Source: Thermoanaerobaculaceae bacterium (GTDB taxonomy: Bacteria > Acidobacteriota > Thermoanaerobaculia > Thermoanaerobaculales > Thermoanaerobaculaceae). Taken from it: a stretch of DNA of 64,000 nt. Made by a program: the position numbers and the translations under genes. Position 1 is the stretch's first letter. The number at the start of each line of letters is the position of its first letter. Positions 30,235-38,336 of the stretch are shown here, one piece after another. The notes under the pieces are model-generated. The model was not told the DNA's origin. It was given only the letters and a program-made list of their open reading frames with translations, and made no database searches. The stretch lies in the NCBI GenBank assembly GCA_035384965.1, contig DAOOJE010000013.1:13531-77530 (forward strand). The letters run 5' to 3'.

Positions 30235-31443
30235 TCACTGCGAGCGCTGCAGCATCGTGAACATCGGGTAGTACACCGAGAGCAGGAGCGCCGACACCAC
30301 GCCGCCCATGACCACGAGCACCGCCGGCTCGATCAGGCTCACGACGCGGGCGAGCTTGACCTCGATCGTCTCGTCGTAGAACTGTGAGACGTTGGCCAGC
30401 ATCTCCTCCAGCGCGCCGGTGGCCTCACCGACCTGGACCATGGCCACGGTCAGTTCGGGGAACAGACCCGTGGCATCGAGCGAGGACCACAGCGCCTGCC
30501 CTTCCCTCACCCGCCCAGCGACGCGCCCAAGCGGGCCGGCCACAGACCGGTTGGTGACCGTCGAGCTGGCGACCTCGAGTGCCCGCACGAGAGGCGTGCC
30601 GCCCGAAAGCAGGGTGCCGAGCGAGCGCGTGAACTGGGACAGTGCGAACAGGTGCAGGATCGACCCCACGAACGGCAGCCGCAGCTTCAGCCGGTCGAGG
30701 GCGAGCGCCCCGCTGTCGCTGCGCAACCAGCGGCGCACGAACGGGTAGGCGAGGACCGCGGCGCCCGCCATGTAGGGCAGGTTCTCCTCGAAGAACTTCG
30801 CGGTGCTGAGGACGATCAGCGTCGGCAGCGGCAGCTCCGAGGCGAACCCGAGGTAGAAGGTGGCGAATCGCGGGATCACGTAGGTCAAAAGCAAGGCGAT
30901 GAGCCCCAGCGCCAGCAGCACCAGGACCAGCGGATAGGTGAGGGCGGAGGAGACCTTGCGGCGCACCGCCTCGAGCATTTGCGAGTGCTGGGTGTAGCGG
31001 GTCAGCACCGGCACCAGCTCGCCCGACTGCTCGCCGGCCAGCAGGGTCGCGCAGTACAGGCGGGGGAAGAGCCCTCCCTGCGAGGCGAACGACTCGGAGA
31101 GCGCCACCCCCGAGCGCACGTCCTCGAGGACCCGCGTCAGCACTTGGCGGAACACCGGGTTCGTCTGGGCTCGCTGCAGCAGCTCGAGCGACTGCAGGAC
31201 CGGGATGCCGGCCCGCAGTAGCGTGGAGAACTGCTGGTTGAAGACCAGGAATTCGAGCGAGGTGATGCGCTCCCGGCGCCAGATGCGGGCGATCCCGAAC
31301 CGCGAGCGAACCGGTTGCAGCGCAAAGACGTGCAGGCCCTTGCTTTCGAGCTCGCGGCGCAGCGCCTCCGGGTTGGAGGCCCGATGCCGCTGCTGGAGCA
31401 CCAGCCCGTCCGCGGTCCCGACACGGGCGATGTACTCGCTCAC
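30235..31443 (-). CDS. gspF: type II secretion / type IV pilus platform protein (GspF/PilC family)
   Basis: 402 aa from GTG 31443, which overlaps the upstream stop as GTGA. Two T2SSF repeats are present (FNQQFSTLLRAGIPVLQSL and FTRSLGTLLSGGTPLVRAL) with three TM segments. Confidence 0.9.
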   Translation of the reverse strand: MSEYIARVGTADGLVLQQRHRASNPEALRRELESKGLHVFALQPVRSRFGIARIWRRERITSLEFLVFNQQFSTLLRAGIPVLQSLELLQRAQTNPVFRQVLTRVLEDVRSGVALSESFASQGGLFPRLYCATLLAGEQSGELVPVLTRYTQHSQMLEAVRRKVSSALTYPLVLVLLALGLIALLLTYVIPRFATFYLGFASELPLPTLIVLSTAKFFEENLPYMAGAAVLAYPFVRRWLRSDSGALALDRLKLRLPFVGSILHLFALSQFTRSLGTLLSGGTPLVRALEVASSTVTNRSVAGPLGRVAGRVREGQALWSSLDATGLFPELTVAMVQVGEATGALEEMLANVSQFYDETIEVKLARVVSLIEPAVLVVMGGVVSALLLSVYYPMFTMLQRSQ

Positions 31444-32120
31444 CTGGCGGTCTCCCGATCCGCCCCCAAGATCACCACGAGCGCCTTCTTGGCCTCTTCC
31501 GAACGCGCAGTCACCAGGATGAACATCTGCCCGAGCTGCAGGTTCAGGTTCGAGCGGTGCAGCCGGCGCTGCACGCCGATGCCGTGCTCCTGCCCCTCGA
31601 GGCGCGTGATCTCGCAGGGGGCGAGCTGCACGCGCTGCGGCTCACCCAGGACCGTGCGGAGCGTGAAGCGCAGCGTGTATCCCTGGGCCGCCTTCGACTC
31701 CACCGACACGCCTTCCCGGGCCTGGACCTCGAAGGCGTCGATCTCCTCGAAACCACTCCACCGGAAAAGGCCGGTCAGCTCGGCGCCGAAGCCCTCCAGC
31801 CTGGCCGCCCGCTGCCCCGGCTGGAGCGGGGCTGTCGACGCCATCAGCAACCGCACCCGCACCCGGTACGCCTGTTGAAAGGTGTCCCACGCGGCGAGCG
31901 CGTCGGCGATCCGCTGCACGACCTCCGGGTGGTCGCGGACCGCGATGGTGTTGCTGCCGGGCTGGAGGAGCACGCTCCCGCTGGGCGAGAGCATCGGTTC
32001 CACCATGGCCGCCGCCTCGCGGGCCGGACGGTGGCGAAGGTGGAACACCCGCTCGTCGAATTCCGCAGCCGCCGCCGACACGACAACCGCCAGCACCAGG
32101 ACGGGAAGCACGCGCCGCAC
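31440..32120 (-). CDS. exported protein with secretin-N (NolW-like) type domain
   Basis: 226 aa from GTG 32120, which abuts the anti-sigma TAA with 0 nt spacing. Signal peptide MRRVLPVLVLAVVVSAAAA. The segment FHLRHRPAREAAAMVEPMLSPSGSVLLQPGSNTIAVRDHPEVVQRIADALAAWD resembles a secretin N-domain module. Confidence 0.6.
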   Translation of the reverse strand: MRRVLPVLVLAVVVSAAAAEFDERVFHLRHRPAREAAAMVEPMLSPSGSVLLQPGSNTIAVRDHPEVVQRIADALAAWDTFQQAYRVRVRLLMASTAPLQPGQRAARLEGFGAELTGLFRWSGFEEIDAFEVQAREGVSVESKAAQGYTLRFTLRTVLGEPQRVQLAPCEITRLEGQEHGIGVQRRLHRSNLNLQLGQMFILVTARSEEAKKALVVILGADRETAR

Positions 32121-32621
32121 TTACAGCTCCAGGCCGGGATCGACCACGAACGCCACCTGCACATCGCCTCCCCCGGGGCTGCTGGCAGTGAGCTGGTACA
32201 GCCGCACGCCTTCGCCCTCGACCTCGACCAGCGCCGGCTCCGTTGGCTCGAGGCTTTCCGCCACGACCGCCGGAGAGGTGGCGCCTCCGTGCAGGCGCAG
32301 GAAAGTGGCCGTGGAGCCCGCAACCGCCACCGCTGCCGCGGCCGCCACGCCGAGCCACCAGCGCCGCCGCCCTCTCGTCTGCCGCTCGAGCCGGCGCTGC
32401 CGGATGCCGGAGAGCACCTCGCCGACGAACCGCTCGTCCTCGTCCGGCGGCACCGCGGCGAGCGCCAGGCTCACCGCCAGGGCGGGCTCGGTCGCGACCA
32501 GCGCGGCACGGCAGGTCGAGCACGCGGCGAGATGGTCGCGCACCTTGCTTTCAAGGTCCGGCTCGAGTTCGAGCGCCACGAACCGCTCGCCGAGCGCCAG
32601 CACCTCGCTGCACGCCTTCAT
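32121..32621 (-). CDS. anti-sigma factor (zf-HC2 type, single-pass membrane)
   Basis: 166 aa with the HxxxCxxC motif (DHLAACSTC). A central TM segment (WWLGVAAAAAVAVAG) and a short periplasmic tail follow. The start overlaps the ECF sigma stop as ATGA. Confidence 0.8.
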   Translation of the reverse strand: MKACSEVLALGERFVALELEPDLESKVRDHLAACSTCRAALVATEPALAVSLALAAVPPDEDERFVGEVLSGIRQRRLERQTRGRRRWWLGVAAAAAVAVAGSTATFLRLHGGATSPAVVAESLEPTEPALVEVEGEGVRLYQLTASSPGGGDVQVAFVVDPGLEL

Positions 32622-33232
32622 CGCCCGCCTCCCCTCGGCAGGTACTCGGGATACCGCCTTGCCAGCTCCCGCCGCAGCACCGCCCGGGCCTGGAATACGT
32701 GGTTGCGCACCGTCGCCTCGCTACAGCCCACTGCTTCGGCGACCTCGGCCGTGGAGAGCCCTTGCACTTCCCGCAGCACGAACGCGGCGCGCTGCGCCGG
32801 CGTCAGGCGCTCCGCCAGCTCGGCGAAGATCCGCTGCACCTCCGCCTCGGCGAGGCGCTCCGGGGCGCGCGGCGTCTCCGAGTCCTCGACCAGGCGAAAA
32901 TGGGTCTGGTGCGTGCGGTCGCGGCTGTCGCGCGAGCGCAGCACGTCGATCGCCAGGTTGGAAGCGATGCGGTAGAGCCAAGTGGAAAACGACCAGGCAG
33001 GGTCGTACTTCTCGAGGTTCTCCCAGGCGCGGACGAACGCTGCCTGAGCGACGTCGCGGCCCTCCTCGTCATCGCCCAGGATGCGGGCGGCACAGCGGCG
33101 AACCCCCCCCTGGTGCCGCCGGACGAGTTCGGCGAACGCCGCCTCGTCGCCCGCCCGAGCCGCCGCCGCCAGCTCCCGGTCCTCGCGCGGGGGAGCTAGC
33201 ATCGGCCTCGGCAGCAGTCGCAGCAGTCCCAT
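32618..33232 (-). CDS. ECF-type RNA polymerase sigma-70 family factor
   Basis: ATG 33232 (alternative ATG 33202). Region 2 reads DVAQAAFVRAWENLEKYDP..SFSTWLYRIASNLAIDVLR. Region 4 reads LTPAQRAAFVLREVQGLSTAEVAEAVGCSEATVRNHVFQAR. The track ORF 32618..34444 is over-extended. Confidence 0.88.
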   Translation of the reverse strand: MGLLRLLPRPMLAPPREDRELAAAARAGDEAAFAELVRRHQGGVRRCAARILGDDEEGRDVAQAAFVRAWENLEKYDPAWSFSTWLYRIASNLAIDVLRSRDSRDRTHQTHFRLVEDSETPRAPERLAEAEVQRIFAELAERLTPAQRAAFVLREVQGLSTAEVAEAVGCSEATVRNHVFQARAVLRRELARRYPEYLPRGGGR

Positions 33233-33289
33233 CCCAACTCCGACCTCCAGTGCGTATACGGCGGCAGCCACGGCGCCGTTGGGGCGCCG

Positions 33290-33295
33290 ATTATA
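33290..33295 (-). promoter_or_regulatory. candidate -10 element (TATAAT) upstream of the ECF sigma / secretion operon
   Basis: The minus strand reads GGCTATAAT about 57 nt upstream of ATG 33232, in the divergent sigma/waaA intergenic region. A perfect AT hexamer stands out in this GC-rich DNA. The -35 region is weak (GGCAAC). Confidence 0.3.
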
Positions 33296-33391
33296 GCCTT
33301 CGTGTTTCGCCTGTTGCCTCGTGTCTCCCGGCCGGCCGGGCGGGGGAGGGCTTTCCACCGGACGGCCGGGAGGGCTGCTACACTCCCCGCC

Positions 33392-34657
33392 ATGGCGCGC
33401 GCCGCTCTCTGGCTGTATCGAGCTGCAACAGCGGCGTTGCTGCCTCTCGCCGCCCCATGGCTGCTCGCCGCCGACCGCCGGCGCGGCAAGAAGCGGCCTC
33501 CGCTCGCCCAGCGTCTCGGGCGCCAGCTCCCCTCGCTGCCCACCGGCGGCGCCTGGGTGCAGGCCGTGTCGGTAGGGGAGGTGGCGGTGGCGCGGCTGCT
33601 GCTCGCCGAGCTGCGGCGCCGCCACCCCGAGACTCCGATCATCCTCTCGGCCACCACGGCCACCGGCCTGTCGCTCGCGACCGGCCAGCAGCAAGCCGAC
33701 GCCGTGGTGCCGTTCCCACTCGACCTCCGCAGCCCGGTCCGGCGCGTCCTGGACGCCGCGCAGCCACGCCTCGTGGTTCTCGTCGAGACCGAGCTCTGGC
33801 CGGAGATGCTCGCCGGCTGTGCCGAGCGCGGCATCCCGGTGGCGATCGTCAACGCTCGCGTGTCCGACCGCTCGTTCCGGGGCTACCGGCTCCTGCGCCC
33901 GCTCCTGCGCCCGCTGCTCGAGCCCGTGACGCTGGCGCTGGCTCAGGAGCAGCAGGATGCCGACCGCCTGGCGGTGCTCGGGCTGCCGGCCGACCGCATC
34001 CAGGTGCTGGGCAACCTCAAGTTCGACGTGGGCGCCCCCAAGACCGCCCCCGGCATCGTGGCCGAAATGCGGCGGGTGGCCGGCACCCGCCGCGTCGTGG
34101 TGGCCGGATCCACGATGGAGGGCGAGGAGCTGCCGGTGCTGCGGGCCGTCCGGCGCCTGGCCGGCCGCGAGGGAGTCTTCCTGCTCCTCGCCCCGCGCCA
34201 TCCCGAGCGGGCCGGAGACGTGCTCGAGACCGCGGCGCGGCTGGGCTTTTCCGCCGAGCGCCGGACGCTGCTGTCGAGCGCGCCCGCCGGCTGCGAGGTC
34301 GTGGTGCTCGACACCGTCGGCGAGCTGGCCGCTCTCTACGAGCTGGCCCACGTCGCGTTCGTGGGCGGCTCGCTGGCGGCCACGGGAGGGCACAACCCGA
34401 TCGAGCCAGCGCGCTTCGCCGTGCCGGTCCTCACCGGCCCTCACGTGAGGAACTTCGCGGCGGTGTTCCGACGCTTCTTCGAGGTCGGCGCGGCGCGCGT
34501 CGTGCGCAACGAGAACGAGCTGGCGGCAGCGCTCCAGCAGCTCCTCGACGACCCGGCCGCGGCCCGTCGCGCCGGCGAGGCAGGGCGCGGGCTGCTCGAG
34601 GCCAACGCGGGCGCGACGGCCCGCACCGTCACCGCCCTTGAGAGGTTCCTGGCGTGA
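33392..34657 (+). CDS. waaA: 3-deoxy-D-manno-octulosonic acid (Kdo) transferase
   Basis: ATG 33392 gives MARAALWLYRAATAALLPL. Motifs: WVQAVSVGEV, LVVLVETELWPEM, VNARVSDRS and GGSL...GGHNPIEPA. Confidence 0.88.
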   Translation: MARAALWLYRAATAALLPLAAPWLLAADRRRGKKRPPLAQRLGRQLPSLPTGGAWVQAVSVGEVAVARLLLAELRRRHPETPIILSATTATGLSLATGQQQADAVVPFPLDLRSPVRRVLDAAQPRLVVLVETELWPEMLAGCAERGIPVAIVNARVSDRSFRGYRLLRPLLRPLLEPVTLALAQEQQDADRLAVLGLPADRIQVLGNLKFDVGAPKTAPGIVAEMRRVAGTRRVVVAGSTMEGEELPVLRAVRRLAGREGVFLLLAPRHPERAGDVLETAARLGFSAERRTLLSSAPAGCEVVVLDTVGELAALYELAHVAFVGGSLAATGGHNPIEPARFAVPVLTGPHVRNFAAVFRRFFEVGAARVVRNENELAAALQQLLDDPAAARRAGEAGRGLLEANAGATARTVTALERFLA

Positions 34658-35649
34658 ACCTGGGTCGCCGGCTCGCAGTCGAGGCCAGCGGCGCGCTGGA
34701 AGCGATCAACGCCGGCGCCCGGCTGCTGTACCGGTGGGGCGTGCGGCGCGTGCACCGCGCCGAGGTGCCCGTCATCTCGGTCGGCAACATCGCTTGCGGC
34801 GGCACCGGCAAGACACCGCTGGTCGCGGCTCTGGCCCGTGTCCTGACGAGCCGCGGCCGGCGCCCCGCGATCCTGACCCGCGGCTACCGACGCGAGAGCA
34901 AGGTCCCGCTGCTCATCACTGGGCAGCGCCAGGTCTCGTGGCGGGAGGCCGGCGACGAGCCCGCTCTCCTGGCCAGGGCGCTTCCCGAGGTACCCATCGT
35001 CGTCGACCGCGACCGGGTGCGGGGGGCGGCGACGGCCGTCCGGGAGGTCGGCGCCACTCATCTGCTGCTTGACGACGGCTTCCAGCACTGGCGCCTCGGG
35101 CGGGAGGCCGACATCGTGGTCGTGGACGCCGCCGACCCGCTGGCCCTCGAGGCGCCGCGCCGCGAGCGCCCCGCCGCCCTGCGGCACGCCACTGGCGTCG
35201 TCATCAACCGCGTCGACGACCGCAGCCACGCCGCCGTGGTCATGGCGATGCTGGGGCCGTGGGCGCCGGACGCAGCCATGATCGCCACGCGCGTCGCGGC
35301 GTGCGCCGTACACCGGGGCGGCGAGCGGGCACCCGCGGAGGCCTTGCGCGGGCAAAAAGCCGTGCTCATGGCCGGGCTCGGCAACCCCCGGGCGTTCGCC
35401 GGCTCGGCGGCCGACCTCGGCGTGGTGATTGCCGACATGGAACTTTTCCCGGACCATCACCGCTACCGCCGCGCCGATGTCGAGAGCATCCTCGCCCGGG
35501 CGTACGCCGCCGGAGCGATGGTGCTGACCACCGGCAAGGACTTCGTCAAGCTCCCGCCCGACCTCGCCGCCCAAGTGGCCTGGCTCGAGGTCGAGCTGCA
35601 GCCGGTGCTCGGCTCGTTCGCCGACCTCATCCCCCCCGCTATCCTGTAG
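34654..35649 (+). CDS. lpxK: tetraacyldisaccharide 4'-kinase
   Basis: GTG 34654 overlaps the waaA stop as GTGA. P-loop VISVGNIACGGTGKTP. Also ILTRGYRR and LLDDGFQH. Confidence 0.88.
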   Translation: MNLGRRLAVEASGALEAINAGARLLYRWGVRRVHRAEVPVISVGNIACGGTGKTPLVAALARVLTSRGRRPAILTRGYRRESKVPLLITGQRQVSWREAGDEPALLARALPEVPIVVDRDRVRGAATAVREVGATHLLLDDGFQHWRLGREADIVVVDAADPLALEAPRRERPAALRHATGVVINRVDDRSHAAVVMAMLGPWAPDAAMIATRVAACAVHRGGERAPAEALRGQKAVLMAGLGNPRAFAGSAADLGVVIADMELFPDHHRYRRADVESILARAYAAGAMVLTTGKDFVKLPPDLAAQVAWLEVELQPVLGSFADLIPPAIL

Positions 35650-35658
35650 AATCCATCC

Positions 35659-36669
35659 GTGCCGAGCCGGGATCGCCTCCACGCCATCGTCGACGGCTTC
35701 TCCGGCCGCCGGGTCGTGCTGTACGGCGACCTCGTGCTGGACCGCTTCGTCCTCGGCGCTCCCAAGCGGATCTCGCGCGAGGCACCGGTCATCATCCTGC
35801 GCTTCGAAGGCCAGCGGGACATCCCCGGAGGCGGCGCCAACGCCCTCGCAAATATCGCCTCGCTGGGCGGCGTCGCGGTGCCGGTCGGGGTGGTCGGCGA
35901 CGACGAGGCCGGCCACGCGCTCCTCGCCGCCCTTCGCGGGCGCGGCATCGACGTCGGCTCGATCCTCATCGCGCCGGGGTTCAGGACCGTGACCAAGGTG
36001 CGCATCGTGGCCGGCGGCCCCTCGTCGCTCAAGCACCAGGTGGCGCGCTACGACATCGAGGACCGCCTGGCCGGCAACGACCGGCGGCTGCGCCGCGTCA
36101 TCGCGGCGCTCGCCGAGGCCGGCGGCGGGGCGGCGGCAGCGGCGGTATCGGACTACGGCTACGGCGTCGTCGGCCGGGCCGGCATCGCCGCCCTCCGGGC
36201 CGCCATGCCGGCGGGGGCGCCACTCGTCCTCGACTCCCGGTTCGCGCTCGCCAACCTTGTCGGCGTCGACGGCGCCACCCCCAACCTCGAGGAGCTCGCC
36301 GCCGCGGCTGGGCGCGAGCTCGTCACCGATCAGGACGTGGTGGCGGCAGCCGAGGCGCTGCGTCGACGCATGGGCTGCCGCTTCCTGGTCGCCACGCGGG
36401 GAAGCCAGGGCTCCACCCTCGTCGAGGAGGGCCGGCCCCCCGTCCACTTGCCGGTCTACGGCTCCGACCAAGTCGCCGACGTGACCGGCGCCGGCGACAC
36501 GGTGCTGGCGACCCTCACCCTGGCGATGGCCGTCGGCGCCTCTCCGCTCGAGGCGGCGACCCTCGCCAACCTGGCCGGCGGCATCGTCGTCACCAAGCTC
36601 GGCACCGCCACCGTGAGCGCGGCCGAGCTGCGCCGCGCCATCGACCTGGCACCGATCCTCGATGACTGA
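35659..36669 (+). CDS. hldA: D-glycero-beta-D-manno-heptose-7-phosphate kinase (stand-alone RfaE domain I, PfkB family)
   Basis: 336 aa. Motifs V.LYGD.VLDRF, GGGANALANIASLGG and PfkB motif DVTGAGDTVLAT. Confidence 0.85.
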   Translation: MPSRDRLHAIVDGFSGRRVVLYGDLVLDRFVLGAPKRISREAPVIILRFEGQRDIPGGGANALANIASLGGVAVPVGVVGDDEAGHALLAALRGRGIDVGSILIAPGFRTVTKVRIVAGGPSSLKHQVARYDIEDRLAGNDRRLRRVIAALAEAGGGAAAAAVSDYGYGVVGRAGIAALRAAMPAGAPLVLDSRFALANLVGVDGATPNLEELAAAAGRELVTDQDVVAAAEALRRRMGCRFLVATRGSQGSTLVEEGRPPVHLPVYGSDQVADVTGAGDTVLATLTLAMAVGASPLEAATLANLAGGIVVTKLGTATVSAAELRRAIDLAPILDD

Positions 36670-37186
36670 TCCTGGCAGCAAGCCGATCTCCCGCCAGCAC
36701 GCCGCCGAACTCAGCGCGCGGGCGCGGGCGGCCGGGCAGGTCGTGGTGCTCGCCAACGGCGCCTTCGACATGCTCCACGTGGGGCACGTGCGCTACCTTG
36801 CCGACGCCCGCCGTCTCGGCGACGTGCTCTTCGTGGCCGTCAACAGCGACGCCTCCGTGCGTCTGCTCAAGGGGCCGACCCGCCCGGTCGTCCCGGTCGG
36901 CGAGCGGGTGGAGATCCTGGCCCACCTCGCGTGTGTCGACTGGATCGTCGTCTTCGACGAGCCGACTGTGGCCGACGTGCTGCGCGAGCTGCGCCCTCAC
37001 ATCCACGCCAAGGGCACCGACTACACACCTCAGACCGTCCCCGAGCGGGCGGTCGTGAGCGAGTGGAGCGGCCGCACGGTCATCTGCGGGGATCCCAAGG
37101 AGCACGCCACGACCGATCTCATCGGCGAGGTGCTGCGGCGCTTCGGCCCCCCGCCCGAGGGCGGAGCCGGGACGGGCGGATGGTAA
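36662..37186 (+). CDS. hldC: D-glycero-beta-D-manno-heptose 1-phosphate adenylyltransferase (stand-alone RfaE domain II, cytidylyltransferase fold)
   Basis: 174 aa. Nucleotidyltransferase motif NGAFDMLHVGHVRYL. Also FVAVNSD.SV and the typical RfaE-II length. It overlaps hldA by 8 nt. Confidence 0.85.
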   Translation: MTDPGSKPISRQHAAELSARARAAGQVVVLANGAFDMLHVGHVRYLADARRLGDVLFVAVNSDASVRLLKGPTRPVVPVGERVEILAHLACVDWIVVFDEPTVADVLRELRPHIHAKGTDYTPQTVPERAVVSEWSGRTVICGDPKEHATTDLIGEVLRRFGPPPEGGAGTGGW

Positions 37187-37247
37187 ACCGGCAGCGCGCC
37201 GCCTCGCCCCGCTGTCGCCCCGCGGCGGTCCCGGCTACCATACCGGG

Positions 37248-38237
37248 GTGCGCGTCCTCCTCACCCGCCTCTCGGCCCTCGGCGACATCGTGCACACCTG
37301 GCCGCTGGCGGCGGCGCTGCGCGGCGCCCGGCCGGACCTCGAGCTGTACTGGCTCGTGGAGCGCCACTTCGCGCCACTCGTCGAGGCCCACCCGGCCGTC
37401 GCGGGGGTGATCCCCGTCGCCACCCGTCGCTGGCGCACGAGATGGTGGTCGGCCGCGACGCGGCGCGAGGTTCGCGACGCCCTCGCACGACTGCGCGAGC
37501 TCGACCTCGACGTGGCGCTCGACCCGCAGGGCCTCGTCAAGTCGGCCGCCTGGGCACGCCTGGCGAGAGTTCCCCGGCGCGTGGGGCTGGCAGCGCGCCA
37601 GCGCCGCGAGCGAGCCGCCGGCCTGCTCTACACGACAACAGTGACACCCCCGCCAGGGGCGAGCCACGTCGTGGACGTCAACCTCTCGCTCGCTTCCGCG
37701 CTCGGCGTCGTACCCGAGCCCGGCGCGGCACCGGACGGCCGGTTCCTGCTCGCCGGCGGTACCGGGCCGCGGCCACCGGCCGGGGCGGTCGTGATCCTGC
37801 CCGCCACCGGCGGGCCCGGCAAGGCCTGGCCGCCGTCATGTTGGGCGGTGACGGCGGCCGCGGTGGCTCGCCTCGGGCACCCGGTGTGGGTGGCCTGGGG
37901 ACCGGGCGAGCGCGCGCTGGCAGAGCAGATCGCCGTCGAGGCCGGGGTCGAGATTGCACCGCCCACCTCCATCGTCGAGCTGGCCCACCTGCTGGCGGGA
38001 GCGGCTGTGGTGCTGGGGGCCGATACCGGCACTGTGCACCTCGCCGCGTCAATCGGGGTGCCGACAGTGGCGGTCTTCCTGGCCACCGATCCCGGCCGCA
38101 ACGGCCCGCGCGGCGCCCGCGTGGCGGTCGTCTCGGCGGCGCGAGGGGGAGCCCGCCGTGGTCGTGCCCGCACCGGCGCCGCGCGCGAGGTCGATCCCGG
38201 CGAGGTGCTGGCGGCGCTCCGCGAGCTGGCAGGGTGA
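37248..38237 (+). CDS. waaC: lipopolysaccharide heptosyltransferase (GT9), WaaC-like
   Basis: GTG 37248. The N-terminus MRVLLTRLSALGDIVHTWPLAAAL matches the WaaC-type start (MRVL..K.S.MGD..HT.P). The C-terminal half has GADTGTVHLAASIGVPTVAVF. Confidence 0.75.
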   Translation: MRVLLTRLSALGDIVHTWPLAAALRGARPDLELYWLVERHFAPLVEAHPAVAGVIPVATRRWRTRWWSAATRREVRDALARLRELDLDVALDPQGLVKSAAWARLARVPRRVGLAARQRRERAAGLLYTTTVTPPPGASHVVDVNLSLASALGVVPEPGAAPDGRFLLAGGTGPRPPAGAVVILPATGGPGKAWPPSCWAVTAAAVARLGHPVWVAWGPGERALAEQIAVEAGVEIAPPTSIVELAHLLAGAAVVLGADTGTVHLAASIGVPTVAVFLATDPGRNGPRGARVAVVSAARGGARRGRARTGAAREVDPGEVLAALRELAG

Positions 38238-38291
38238 GCGACAGGCGGACGCCCCCGCTCGCTCCGACTCGCCGGGAGGCGGCGGCGAAGG

Positions 38292-38300
38292 TGATACAAT
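38292..38300 (+). promoter_or_regulatory. candidate extended -10 promoter element (TGaTACAAT) upstream of pilB
   Basis: GGTGATACAATCGG lies about 36 nt upstream of ATG 38337 and is followed by a purine-rich SD (GGGAAGGGAAGGG). It is the only AT-rich hexamer in the waaC-pilB spacer. Confidence 0.3.
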
Positions 38301-38336
38301 CGGCTCGCGGACCGATGCGCAAGGGAAGGGAAGGGT

